From positions 11,348,001 through 11,412,000 of the forward strand of contig CM075992.1 of NCBI GenBank assembly GCA_038087875.1: a DNA stretch of 64,000 bases. The letters run 5' to 3'. This DNA comes from Malacoraja senta. Lineage: Eukaryota. This document shows positions 37,395 to 50,687 of this stretch, piece by piece. Numbering within the stretch: the stretch's first letter is position 1; every line of letters begins with the position of its first letter. The notes beneath the pieces were generated by a model. It made no database searches. It was not told the DNA's origin and worked only from the letters and a program-made list of their open reading frames with translations. The position numbers were made by a program, and so were the translations under genes.

Positions 37395-38745
37395 CAAGTC
37401 CAAGGCATAGTTATGGGCACCCACATGGGCCCCAGTTATGCCTGCCTCTTTGTAGGCTACATTGAACAATCCCTGTAGAGGCGTTCACTGGCCCTATCCC
37501 TGAACTCTATCTCTGTTACATTGATGACTGCATCGGTGCTACCTCCTGCACCCGTGCAGAACTCATGGACTTCATCAACTTCACTACCAATTTTCATGCT
37601 GCAATCAAATTTACTTGGACCATGTACGACACCTCCCTGCCCTTTCTTGATCTCACAGTCTCCATCATAGGAAATAGACAATTGACCTCCGCAACTCCCT
37701 GGTTAACTCATACCTTCCCACCCAAACCACCCCTTCCCCAGGTACCTTCTTTTGCAACTGCAAAAGATGCAACACCTGTCGCTATACCTCCTCCCTCGAC
37801 TCTGTCCAGGGACCTCGACAGTCCTTTCAGGTTAGGCAGAGGTTCACTTGCACCTCCTTCAACCTCATCTACTATATCCATTGTTCAAGATGTGGACTCT
37901 TATACATTGGCGAGTCCAAACACAGACTGGGGAATCCTTTAGTGGAACACCTTCGCTCAGCCAGCCTGAACCTACCTGATCTCCCGGTTGTTTACCTTAG
38001 TTTAGTTTAGTTTAGAGATACTGCACGGAAACAAGCCCTTCGGCCACCGGGTCCGCGCCGACCAGTGATCCCCGCACATTAACACCATTCTACACCCACT
38101 AGGGACAATTTTTACATTCACCAAGGTAATTAACCTGCAAACCTGCACGTCTTTGGAGTGTCGGAGCAAACCGAAGATCTCAGAGAAAATGCACGCAGGT
38201 CACGGGGAGAACGTACAAACTCCGGACAGACAGCACCCGTAGTCGTGATCGAACCCGGGTCAAACCCAAGCGCTGTAAGGCAACTACTCTACAGATGCAC
38301 CACTGTGTCGCCAACTTGTTGCTGGACACTTTAATTCTCCTTCCCATTCCTACACAGACCTTTCTGTCCTCGGTCTCCTCCGTTGTCAGAGTGAGGCTAA
38401 ACGCAAATAGGAGGATCAGCATTTCATATTTCGCTTGGGCAGCTTACATCCCAGTGGTATGAACATTGATTTCTCTCACTACAGGTAGCCCCGGCATTCC
38501 CTCTCTCTCTATCCCTCCCCCACCCATATCGCACTAGCTTCTCATTTTCACCCTACAAGCAGTTAACAATGGCCTGTTTCCTTTAACATCATTACTTTTT
38601 GCATATCTTTCATTCATTGTTCTTTATCTCTCCACATCACTGCCCATATCTCTTCTTTCCCTTGTCCCTAACCAGTCTGAAGTGTCTTGACCTGAAACAT
38701 CACACATTCCTTCTCTCCAGAGATGCTGCCTGTCCCGCTGAGTTA
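37395..38745 (+). mobile_element. Penelope-like 3' part with nested V-SINE (37995-38312, minus); paralog at ~44855-46142
   Basis: MGTHMGPSYACLFVG, GIY-YIG-like LYIGESK, 3' UTR and degenerate hammerhead unit at ~38677. Confidence 0.85.
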
Positions 38746-39050
38746 AACCCCTGTCTCACGGTGCGAGTTCACCCACGAGTGATCCCGAGTTAAAAACAAA
38801 TCAAACTCATGGTAATCACGTAGAATTAACGTAGCGGGAACGTCAGAACTCGTGGACGTAACTTAGCGACTCGTAACGCTAACGGCAGGTACTCGGGAAA
38901 CGTGTTAACTCGTGAATATTTTTCAACATGTTGAAAGATTTCCACGAGTCAAATATACTCTTGAAGGAAAATTTGGATACTTTTAAACTCGTTGTAATAC
39001 CGTGGTAACCCGTGAGTTTACCGTAGTGACTCGTGAGTTTACCGTAGGTT
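38746..39050. mobile_element. CpG-rich non-autonomous DNA-transposon-like fragment
   Basis: Starts after ttaa; repeated actcgtg/cacgagt motifs and an internal hairpin; no second TIR seen. Confidence 0.4.
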
Positions 39051-40439
39051 TGGCCTGAGTGCCAGAAGTGACATGTTGAAGATTAGTCAGATCTTAATGG
39101 AAAATTTTACAGTGATCTAACAATTCATTTTCAGTGAGTAATGCCTTTCAATGATTGATGCCAGACCTTGAACAAATGCAGTTCAAATGATCACCTGTTG
39201 CCTTAGCACAGCATGGCTTTTAGTATTACTAACTCCTAGGGAAGCGCACGATCAGTTAGTGATGCAGCTCAATCAAACCAAACATTCAATGCAGGACAAT
39301 GTTGAGTTGATGCAGCTTCATTGAGTTTTTCTGGTTTTCTTTGGAAAGCGAGTTAAGCCTTTCTCAGATGCAATCTTAATGTAGTTCATCTCAAGTTAAA
39401 GAGGCAAATGCAACAAGTTTGAGCAATTTTGGAAGGATTGTTTCTTGAAACAAACTGCTCTAAAAGTTTGAAGGTAGGAATTGCAGATAATAGTTTAAAC
39501 CAAAGATAGACACAAAATGATGGACTAACTCAGCTGGTCAGGCAGCATCTCTGGAGAAAAGAAATAGGTGATGTTTCGGGTCGAGATCGTTCTTCAGGCT
39601 GGGTCTTAGCCTGAAGAAGGGTCCCGTCCAGAAATGTCGCCTACTCCTTTTCTCAAGAGATGTTGCCTGGCCCGTGGAGTTACTCGAGCATTTTGTGTCT
39701 ATCTTTGGTTTAAATTAGCATCTGCAATTCCTTCCTTCCAAACTTCCTTCCTTCAAACGTCACCGATTCCTTTTCTCCAGAAATGTTGCGTGACCCGTTG
39801 AGTTAACTCGGCAGCTGGACAGAGAAAACAAAGGTGAGTAAAAAAAGGTTCGCCAAGTCTGCCTGTCAGGAATGATCCCCTGATGCTGGAGACACCTGTG
39901 GGAATCTCACCTTGGTCTTTGGAATAGAGCGACCAACAACCAATATTTCCAGATTTCCAAGGGCCGGTCACTTCCCTTGTTTATGTGCCTTTCACATTAC
40001 TGCTTCAGAGGTTTGATGCGTTATGTGAGGCGGGGAGGGGGGGAGGGGAGTGAATGCATTCCTGTTTGAATAAGTGTAGGAAGGAACTGCAGATGGTGGT
40101 TTACACCGAAGACGGGCACAAAAAGCTGGAGTAGCTCAGCGGGTCATGCAGCATCGCTGAAAAAAAGAGTCTCGACCCGAAGCGTTGCCTATTCCTTTTC
40201 TCCGGAGATGCCGTCTGACCCGTTGAGTTACTCCAGCTTTTTGTATCCATCTCTTGTTTGAATAAGATTATTTGAAAATGAAATGATCCACACCAAGTCT
40301 TCAAAATAAATCGCCTTTATGTGAAAAATAAACCAATTGCAAAACTTTGCCAACACGAAGGGGAATATCCTTTGGGGTCGTTCGCTACCATCCGCAGTCA
40401 CGGATAAAACCAAAGATACTAGATAATCTTTGATTTTTA

Positions 40440-43400
40440 GTCTTTGGTATAATGGAATGGAATACTTTATTGTCACATGTGACAAGGCACAGTGACATTC
40501 TTTGCTGCATACCCAATGTATACACATAGCAGCCACCTACAGCGCGGGCAAAGTTACAAAGCACGCCGGCTCCTCCTTTTGTTCTCCTCCCCCCCCCCCT
40601 CACAGTGGTCCTCCACGCTCTCATCAACCGTCGACCGCGGGTCGCCGCCACCGCGAGGCTTCACTGCCGCTGAGGCCCCATCATCACGAGGCTTCACCGC
40701 TGCTGCCGTTTCACCGCTGCTGAGGCCTCACTGCTGTCGATGCCCCATTTCACGCCTCTGACCCATCGGGAAGCCTCTGGCCCATCGGGAAGCCAGGTAA
40801 ACCAGCATCTGTAGTTACTTTTTATTACATTTGGAGTACAGTGTTCAGTTTTAGTCACCCTGCTATAAAAAGGATATCAGTAAGCTGGAAAGAGTGCAGA
40901 GAAGATTTACAATGATGTTGCCAGGACTTGAGGGGCTGAGTTATAGGGCTGGGTTGGGCAGGCTAGGACTTTATTCCTTGGAGTGCAGGTGGCTGAGAGG
41001 TGATCTTATGATATGTGTAGGAAGGAACTGCTGATGCTGGTTTAAATCGAAGATAGATACACAAAGCTGGTGTATAAAATCATGAGTGGAATAGTTAGGA
41101 TCAATATGTAGTCTTTTACTCAGCGTAGGGGAATCAAAAACCAGAGGACATATGGTTAAATTGAGAGGGGCAAGGTTTTACACAAACCCTGAGGGGCAAC
41201 ATTTTCACCCAGAAGGAGGTGGATACATGAATGAGCTGCCAGAGGAGGTAGATGTGGCAGGTACTATAACAAGCGGAGACTTTAAATCTCGACAGCCGGC
41301 CTGCGGCCTACAACAACTTAAAGCCGCGGTCTCCGGTGAGGAAGAGCTGATCCTGGACTGACTCTGGATTCTGGTCCTGTTCACGGAGGGGAAATGGAGG
41401 AGGATTGGCCACATTTTTGTGCCTTCCACCACAGTGTTGAATGCTGTGGTGGATGTTTGTGTTACATTTTTTTTATTGTGGTTGTGTGTTCTTATTATTG
41501 TATCGCTGCTGACAACCCAAAATTCCACCAGCTTGGCTGTGTGGTCATTAAAAATACTATACTATACTATACTATACTATTTAAAAGGCACTTGGACAGG
41601 TACAGGCCTTTATCAGTGCTATATGACCTCATGACTTGAACACTAAACACAGCGGAGGAGGAGCCATCTTGGAGGAGCTGCTGCTGGCCAGCAGCCGTCC
41701 GTTGATTTCACTATTTTCTTTGGTTTTTTGGTTGGCTGTGTTTGTCTTTGGTTGGGGAACTTGACTTTGCTTGTGGGTGGGCAATGGGGGAAACTATTTT
41801 TAGGTCCCTACCTGGTCGCTGAGGCGGCTTTTTCTCTGGGCTGCCCCGTCGGCCCGTCCTTGCGGCCTACCAGCAGGTCTGGAGCGGCGTTTCCTGGCGG
41901 GGACCGCCTCGCACCTTCAGCTTTGATGGCGGCACAGCGCTGGAGCGGAGCGGGCGATGCCTTGCCTGGGTCGCCACGCTGGATCGACGCGCTGGAGCTC
42001 CGGTGAGCTGCGACCGCCGAGCTCAACACCTCCGGGCTGCGGGACTTGCGGAGCGACTAGCCGCGGGCGGCGGGCCGTGGTGCCGACTCCAACATCGGGA
42101 ACCTCTGCGCTCCAAATCGGCGCAGCCTTGTTGGCTTCAGGTGCCACGGACTCCAATAGGAGATCAGCTGGTCCAGCCGCTGCGACGACTCTCCTGACAC
42201 CGGGACAACTGCACCCGGCGAGAACGGCCAGGAACATCGGGCCTCCGTAGAGGCAACTGTGGAGGCCTCAATATGCTGTCTTTGGGAGAACTGGGGTTGG
42301 GGACTGGACTTTGTGCCTTCCCCCACAGTGGTAAACATTGTGGGTGATGATTTTTGTGTGTAAATGTTAATTGAATGTTTTACTTTATGTCCAAGATGGC
42401 TGCGGGAAGGGGGGAGTGGACGCTGGCGAGTATTAGCAGCCGCTGCTCTCTCTTCCATACTGTGTTTTTGATTTTTGTGTTCGGACTAAAATTCTGCTTT
42501 TTATTTGTGCACTTGTAATGTTTTTACTTTTTCTTTTTTTTTCTTTTTTTTCCTGCTTACATGTTTCTACTGTAAAATTTGTAAGGCGTCCTTGAGAGTC
42601 TTTGAAAGGCACCCATAAGTATAATAAATTATTATATTATTATTATAAATGGCCATGGAAACTGTGTCGCTCTCCCCACCAACTCGCACCCATTCACCAA
42701 GCCCTCCTTGTTTACTAGTTTGTGTTTCTAGTTTCCATCTGTTGCTTAATTTGCTTAATTTGCATCTGAAACATTTCTCCAAATATCATTTGTTTCCTGG
42801 ACGTGAAAAGGCCTTTGTTCAGTCATTTGTTCTTCCTGTTAAAAATACAGCAGCATTAATCCATGAAATACATCGATTGCAATCTGTAAAGTCTGCAGGA
42901 GCAAAAGTGAATTATTTAGAAACGACTACAGACTTTATCCTCCACTTCAGCATCATCCAACGCGGCAGCATTGAGCTGTGTGGTGGAATGAGGGCTGGAA
43001 ATGGAAAAACAGCATCATTGCCGTTGGACTCAAACATGTCACATTGGACACTGGTCTCTGTGCTCTGGAACTATAACAGGTAGACAGTAAATGGGGCATT
43101 GGCTGCTGTACACATAAATACAGCATGACAACAGGCTCTGTGGTCCATGTTCACAGAAACAGTCCCTTAGTCCACAATATCTGCACCAAACATGTTGCCA
43201 AGTCAAACTAATCTCAACTTGCACGTTGTCCATATCCCTCCGTTCCCTGCATATCCCTGTGCCTGTCTAAAAGACTCTTAAACACCACTATCGCATCTAA
43301 CTCCACCACCAATCCTGGGAACACATTCCAGTCACCCACAACCCTCTGTGTAAAATCTAGTCCCACACCTCATTTAAACTTTCCTCCTCTCACCTTAACG

Positions 43401-46142
43401 CTGTGCCCCCAAGTCTTTGACATTGCCACCCTGGGAAAAAGATTCTGTACGTCTACCCGATCAAAGCCAATTACATATACTTCTATCAGTTCTCCCCTCA
43501 ATCTCCAGTACTCGAAAGAAAATAATCCCAATCAGTCCAATATATCCTTGTTATTAATACCACCTAGTTCAGGCAGACTTTGAACAATTAGACTCCTCCA
43601 CCCTGGTAAAATGAATGCGATCACAAATATTATCTATGCCCCTCATGATTTAATAAACCTCTGTAAGGTCACCCCTTAGTCTCCTTCACTCCAAGAAAAA
43701 ACAACCCTGACCTATCCAGGCTCTCCGTATATCTCGGACCTTCCCGTCCCAGCAACATCCTTGTGAAACTTCTGTAGCCTCTCTAGCTTAGTCACATCCG
43801 TCCTGTAGCATCTACGCACCATGCGGTCTCACCAATGCTCTATACAGATGTAACATGATGTCCCAACACTTGTACAAGAGTGGTCTCCAGCACTTTGTCT
43901 ACCCGAGTCATCATATTCAGGGAAGTATGTATTTGTACCCCAAGGTCTCTCTATTCTACAACACACTGTAAATGACAGGGCCTTGGCGACTAAGTCTTGC
44001 CCTGGTTTAACTTAACTAAAGGCTATACTCCCACTTGTCAGTGTAAACTTCCAGCTTCCATTCCTTTGTCCACTTTCCCAGTTGATCTAGATCTTGTTGT
44101 AACCTTCAATAAACATCTTCACTGTCCATCACAACAACAATTTTCGTATCATCCACAAGCTCATGCCACCTATGTTCTCATCCAAATTGTCAATGTATAA
44201 GACAAGCAGGGGACCCAGCACCAGTCTCTGTAGCACACCACTGGTCACTGGATTCCAATCTGAAACACAACCCTCCATCCAACCCTCTGGCTCTGACCAC
44301 CAAGCCAATGTTATATCCACCTGGCCAGCTCACCCTGGATCCCATGTGATCTCATCTTCCTGATCTATCTACCATACGGAACCAAGACAAAGGCCTTGTT
44401 AAAGTCCATGAAAACATCTGCTTCACTGACTACGTTATCGTCTTGGTCGCCTCTTCTTTTAACCTTTAGATTTACAGATACAGTGTGGAAACTGGCCCTT
44501 CGGGCCATCGAGTCCGTGCAGACCAGCGATCACCCTGTACTCTCACACTACCTGACACACGAGGTTCAATTTACAATTTTATCGAAGCCAATTAACCTAC
44601 AAACCTGTACATCTTTGGAGTGTGGGAAGAAACAAGAGCACCAGGAGAAAACCCATGTGGTCACAGGGAGATGGCACAAACTCCGTACAGACAGTTATGG
44701 TACAGTCAGGATCGATCGCGGGTCTCTGGCGCTGTAATGCAGCAGCTCTACCGCTACTTCACTGTACCATCCCAGCACTTCAAGAAGCTTATTACAAAAT
44801 GTGAAACATGATTTACCATGTTGACTACCTTCATCAGTCCATCCTTTTATGCTAAGTCCAAGGCATAGTTATGGGCACCCACATGGGCCCCAGTTATGCC
44901 TGCCTCTTTGTAGGCTACGTTGAACAATCCCTGTACAGGCGTACACTGGCCCTATCCCTGAACTCTATCTCTGTTACATTGATGACTGCATCGGTGCTAC
45001 CTCCTGCACCCGTGCAGAACTCATGGACTTCATCAACTTCACTACCAATTTTCATGCTGCACTCAAATTTACTTGGACCATGTACGACACCTCCCTGCCC
45101 TTTCTTGGTTTCACAGTCTCCATCATAGGAAATAGACAATTGACCTCCGCAACTCCATGATTAACTCATACCTTCCCACCCAAACCACCCCCTCCCCAGG
45201 TACCTTCCCCTGCAACTGCAAAAGATGCAACACCTGTCGCTATTACCTCCTCCCTCGACTCTGTCCAGGGACCCCGACAGTCCTTTCAAGGTAGGCAGAG
45301 GTTCACTTGCACCTCCTCCAACCTCATCTACTATATCCATTGTTCAAGATGTGGACTCTTATACATTGGCGAGTCCAAACGCAGACTGGGGAATCGTTTA
45401 GCGGAACACCTTCGCTCAGCCCACCTGAACCTACCTGATCTCCCGGTTGTTTACCTTAGTTTAGTTTAGTTTAGAGATACTGCACGGAAACAAGCCCTTC
45501 AGCCACCGGGTCCGCGCCGACCAGTGATCCCCGCACATTAACACCATTCTACACCCACTAGGGACAATTTTTACATTCACCAAGGTAATTAACCTGCAAA
45601 CCTGCACGTCTTTGGAGTGTCGGAGGAAACCGAAGATCTCAGAGAAAGCCCATGCAGGTCATGGGAAGAACGTACAGACTCCGGACAGACAGCACCCGTA
45701 GTCGTGATCGAACCCGTGTCAAACCCAAGCGTTGTAAGGCAGCGATGCGCCGCCGATCTACCAATGCGCCACTGTCCCGCCAACTTGTTGCTGGACACTT
45801 TAATTCTCCTTCCCATTCCTACATAGACCTTTCTGTCCTCGGTCTCCTCCATTGTCAGAGTGAGGCTAAATGCAAATAGGGGGATCAGCATTTCATATTT
45901 CTCTTGGGCAGCTTACATCCCAGTGGTATGAACATTGATTTCTCTCACTTCAGGTAGCCTTGGTATTCCCTCTCTTTCTATCCCTCCCCCACCCATATCG
46001 CACTAGCTTCTCATTTTCACCCTACAAACAGTTAACAATGGCCTGTTTCCTTTAGCATCATTACTTTTTGCTTATCTTTCATTCATTTGTTCTTTATCTC
46101 TCCACATCATCGTCTATATATCTCGTTTCCCTTATCCCTAAC
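40440..46142 (+). repeat. Local segmental duplication, copy B
   Basis: Paralog of 29195-38673 without the DIRS but with private insertions at ~41273-41578 and 41648-42645. Confidence 0.92.
41648..42645 (+). mobile_element. ~1-kb non-autonomous GC-rich retroelement with L2-type tail
   Basis: Absent from copy A (empty site cactaaatggcc); taaa TSD; ends gtaaggcgtccttgag...aggcacccataa...(att)n. Confidence 0.75.
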
Positions 46143-47200
46143 ATGGCCGTCCGAAGGGGGGGTGCGTTGAGTGCGACCGCATCCCCCTTTTTTTCCCCAG
46201 AGTAAGAAAAAATCCCGAGAATTTATTTTTTTTTAAATCGGAGCGCAATCAGCATTTCCACTTTGTCGGAAATCGCCCGAAATTCTGGTTCTGGCCGCTG
46301 GATGATTTGGGAGAAAAAAATACGACTATCCACGCCCGCGCAGCTGGGGTAGCTACGCAAAATGACGCTGTCTCTCCGAGCGTGCGTAGTGGTCCCGGGC
46401 GGGATCAGACTGCCATTTGTACTGCACCCATTCAGCTCGTGCCTCCTGTCTACTGCAGGTAAGTAGTGGAATATTGTGTTGCAGGAGGGGGAGTCTGTGA
46501 GGGGGTCTAATCTGGCCCGCGGGATAATTTAGTAACCCATTTCTCTGGACCCGAGGGAGGTAGGGGAGGGGTGGGGGTGCGGTGTCTGCCAGCTAAGGCG
46601 ACCAGGAGACCGTTCTCCCGTTGCCGGGCGGGAATGGCTGAATCACAACCCAGCGGCTGTAACCCCAACACCAGACGCCGCTGCAGCGGGGCCCGCTCCC
46701 CTCGCCTCCCCCCGCTGCCAGGGCCCAAGCCATCTTCTGCCCACGCCAGCCCCGCTGGGCCCACGTCAACCCCGCTGGGCCCACGCCACCCCCGCTGGGC
46801 CCACGCTGACCCCCGCTGGGCCCACGCCACTTCGCCCTCCCCGCCAGAAAGAGTGGGGGATATGAGAGGGGAGAGAGAGAGAGGGGAGAGAGAGAGGGGA
46901 GATGGGGTAGGGGAGTGGGAAATGGGGATTATCTTTAGTGAGATTGTAAAATTAAGGTAGGTTTTAGAGCTATTATATTTTCTCCTCCATATAAATAATT
47001 TTAAACAATATCAAATAATATCAAACAATTGGAACTGCTTTCTTTTCCTTGATAACAATACTGAAAAATATGAATTCCATAGTTTGTGACATAAATACAC
47101 ATTTTAATGGGATCATTATATACAGATGTAATATTTCCATTTGGAGATCGAGGGGGGGGGGGGGCAAATATGCATCAAGCCGATAGCCTAATCATTAAAG
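46143..47200. mobile_element. Possible non-autonomous DNA transposon fragment with 21-bp tandem repeat (~46740-46830)
   Basis: Abrupt start catggccgtcc, CpG-rich; ccccgctgggcccacg repeated 4 times. Confidence 0.35.
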
Positions 47201-47219
47201 AGTTAAAAGATAGCCTAAT

Positions 47220-49285
47220 TGATAAAGAGCTGACAAGAGGAATCAGAGCTGCCAAGGAAAGGTACTCTGAGAAGTTGAGGAGCATGTTCTCAGCTAGTGA
47301 CTCTTCTTCAGTTTGGAAGGACATGCAAGAAATCACCAGCTACAAGAGTAAAGCCCCCCGCTCTTTGGCCAATCGTCAGCTGACAAACGACCTGAATGAG
47401 TTTTACTGCAGGTTTGAAAATCAGAAACGTAACCCTGAAACCCCCTCTGAACAAACACACCCAGACCCCAGTCTGCAAAGAATGGACCCTGCACCCTCTT
47501 CCCATTCACCACTTCACACCTACTTAAGGCAAGACTCCAGTATGAAAAGTGTGAACCCTTTTCCACACCAACCAACACTTCACACCCACTCACAGCCTGA
47601 CCTCAGTCTCTCAGTGGGCCCTTCTACACCCACCCAAACTCCAATCACCACTTCACACCCAATTACTCATTTTTAACCAGTCCCTGCAAAGATGTACTGT
47701 CCCTGCCTGCTTCAAAGTCTCCACTATTGCCCCGGTACCCAAAAAGGTAAGAATTACTGGTCTTAATGACTACAGGCTTGTCGCACTGACCTCTGTAGTC
47801 ATGAAGACCGTTGAAAGGCTTGTGCTGGCCAAACTGAAAAAAATCTCTATCCCCCTGCTGGACCCTCTGCATTTTACATATCGGGCCAATTGATCTGTGG
47901 ATGATGCAGTCAATCTGGGCCTGCACTTCATCCTCCAGCACCTAGACCGCCAGGGGACCTATGCGAGGATTTTGTTTGTTGATTTTAGCTCTGCATTCAA
48001 CACCATTGTGCCAGAGGTACTATGCTCCAAACTTTCTGAGTTGACTGTGCCTGAACCCCTCTGTCGGTGGATCACCAGCTTTCTGACAGACAGGAAGCAG
48101 CATGTGAGGCTGGGAGAGCACATGTCGGATGTGCAAACGCTCAGCATAGGAGCACCGCAAGGCTGCATACTCTCTCCTCTCCTCTCGCTACACCAATAAT
48201 AATAATAATAATGAATTTTATTTATGGGCGCCTTATACCGAGGTCTCAAGGACACCTTACAGAGATTTATGGTTAACATATAATCAGAATAATCAGAATT
48301 AAAAAAATAAGTTATAAAGGCCAATACACAAATCAGGGACAGAATTCCTTCCAAAAACACAAAAAAGAAAATCAGAAACACAATTTGAGGAGAGAGCAGC
48401 GGCAGCGAAACCGCGCCAGCGTCCACTCTCCCCTCCGACTGCCATCTTGAACACAGACTAACAAATACAATTACAAACAATTACAAACAAAAATCATCCC
48501 CCACAATGATTTCCACTGTGGGGGAAGGCACAATGTCCAGTCCCCAGCCCCAGTTCAACCAAAAAGTCAGGTCAAATGAGGCCCCCGCTATTGCCTCTAC
48601 GGAGGCCCGATGATCCTGGCCGTTCTTGCCGGGTGATGTAGCCCCGGCGTCGGGAGAGTCCTCCAGCAGCTGGGCCACCTGGAACAGCCGCATTCCTCAC
48701 CGGAGGCCGCAACTACGGCTGGAACGGCAGATTTCCCGCAGACGTCCGCAGCCCGCGGATGGTCACTCCACTGTCCCGCAGCCCGGAGGTGTTGAGCTCG
48801 GCGGTCCAGCTCACCGGAGCTCCAGCGCGTCGGTCCAGCGCGGCGACCCAGGCAAGGCATCGCCCGCTCCGCTGCACAATAGCGCTCCAGCGCCGTGCCG
48901 CCACCGAAGCTGAGGGTGCTGTCCGGCCCCCGTCGGGAAACGCCGCTCCACGCCGCTCCACGCCCGCTGGTAGGCCGCAAGGACGGGTCGACTGGGCAGC
49001 TGGAGAGAAGGCTGCCTCACCGACCAGGTAGGGACCAGGAAGTGGTTTCCCCTTGATTCCCCCCACATCGAAATGCAAAATAAAGAAAAACAGAGACTTA
49101 AATAAAAACTAAAAACTAGAAAAATAAGTACAATTAACGCACGGCTGCTGTTTGGCAGCCGTTCCTCAAGATGGCCCCTCCTCCTTGTGACTGCACAATG
49201 ACTGCACCTCCACAGACACCTCTGTCAAGCTTCTCAAGTTTGCGGATGACACAACCCTGATTGGACTGTTCCAGGATGGGGATCT
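47220..49285 (+). mobile_element. Rex1/Babar LINE ORF2 fragment
   Basis: [52 protein letters not shown] and KFADDTTLIGL. Confidence 0.9.
48196..49190 (-). mobile_element. Second copy of the ~1-kb L2-tailed non-autonomous element
   Basis: Reverse complement is colinear with 41648-42645 (gccatctt head, gctggagctccggtgagctg core, tail); interrupts the Rex1 RT. Confidence 0.75.
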
Positions 49286-49667
49286 CTGTACTCTTTCCAG
49301 TTTGACATCTTTCCTACAACACGGTGCCCAGAACTGAACACAATATTCTAAATGCGGTCTCACCAACATCTTATACAACTGCAACATGACGTCCCAACTT
49401 CTATACTCAATACTCTGACTGATGAAGGCCAAAGCGCCAAAATACTTTTTGACCACCTGATATACCTGCGACTCGACCTTCAAGGAACCATGCAACCATC
49501 AACCATTCCTCTGCCCACCTGGCTAATTGATCCAGATCCGGCTGCTATCTTTCACAACCATCTTCACTATCTGCAAAACCACTCACTTCTGTATCATCAC
49601 CAAACTTGCTAATCTTGCCCTATTCTGTGACGTTTCACAGAGTGCTGGAGTAACTCAGCGGGTCAGG

Positions 49668-50245
49668 CTGAGTATAGAGGTTGGGAGGTCATGTTACAGT
49701 TGCATAAGAAGGTGGTGAGGCCGCATTCAGAGTATTTTATTCAGTTCTGGGCACCACGTTATAGGAAAGATGTCATCAAACTGGAAAGGGTACAGTGAAG
49801 ATTTACGAGGATGTTGCCAGGACTAGAGGGCCAGAGCTATAGGGAGAGGTTGTGTAGGCTGGGACTCTATTTCATGGAGCACAGGAGGATGAGAGATGAT
49901 CTAATAGAGGTGTATAAAATCATGATTTGAATAGATATGGTTGAGTCTTTTGCCCAGAGTAGGTGAATCGAGGATCAGAGGACATAAGTTTAAGGTGAAG
50001 GGGAAAAGATTGAATAGGAATCTGAGGGGTATATGTTTCACACAAAGGGTGGTAGGTGTATGGAACAAGCTGCCAGAGGAGGTAGTTGAGGCAGGGCTAT
50101 CGCAACATTTAAGAAACAGTTCGACAGGTACATGGATAGGACAGGTTTGGAGGGATATGGATCAAACGTGGGCAGGTGGGACTAGTGCAGATGGGACATG
50201 CTGGGCCGAAGAGCCTGTTTCCACACTGTATCACTCTATGACTCT
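49668..50245 (+). mobile_element. CR1 3' part (adjacent minus-strand CR1 pieces at 49285-49620 and 50250-50515)
   Basis: GESRIRGHKFKVKG...WNKLPEEVVEAG and tail. Confidence 0.85.
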
Positions 50246-50687
50246 ATCTATCTTTCCCTCTCAAACCCATTCTCCTGCCTTCTCCCCATTACCTCTGACA
50301 CCCATATCAATCAAGAATCTACCAATCTCCTCCTGAAAAAGTCCAATGACTTGGCCTCCACAGCTCTCTGTGGCAATAAATTCCACAGTTCACCACCCTC
50401 TGACTTAAGAAATTCCTGCTCATCTCCTTCGTAAAGGAATGTCTTTTCATTCTGAGGCCACTGGTCCTAGACTGTACCACTAGTGGAAACAGCCTCTCCA
50501 CATCCACTCCATCCAGGTTTTTACCAGGCTGGGACAGACGGCAACAGCTTCACACCGTGTCCCAAAGTTTGTGTCCTGTCCTGCATCACCCAAGGCAGCA
50601 GAGACGTTATAGGAGAGGGCAAGCACCGTAACAAAGTAACTCACGATGGTTTGGGTAACATTCAGCAATGTCACATCATGAATATTA

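Larger units (their letters stand above)
29195..38673 (+). repeat. Local segmental duplication, copy A (contains the DIRS insertion)
   Basis: Colinear with 40440-46142, including shared repeat junctions and unique sequence. Confidence 0.92.

Noticed and set aside
39240..39465. ILPKLL-containing frames here (minus) and at ~55035 (plus)
   Set aside because: Short match, with stops in both; indistinguishable from chance.
39830..39990. Consensus splice donors (plus ~39834; minus ~39910) near an ETS-like GGAAGTG
   Set aside because: No acceptor, ATG or partner exon could be supported.
48481..49078. Overlapping GC-rich ORFs on both strands (also 29257-29911, 41728-42458 and 59400-59965)
   Set aside because: Stop-poor GC-rich repeat sequence with no protein motifs.
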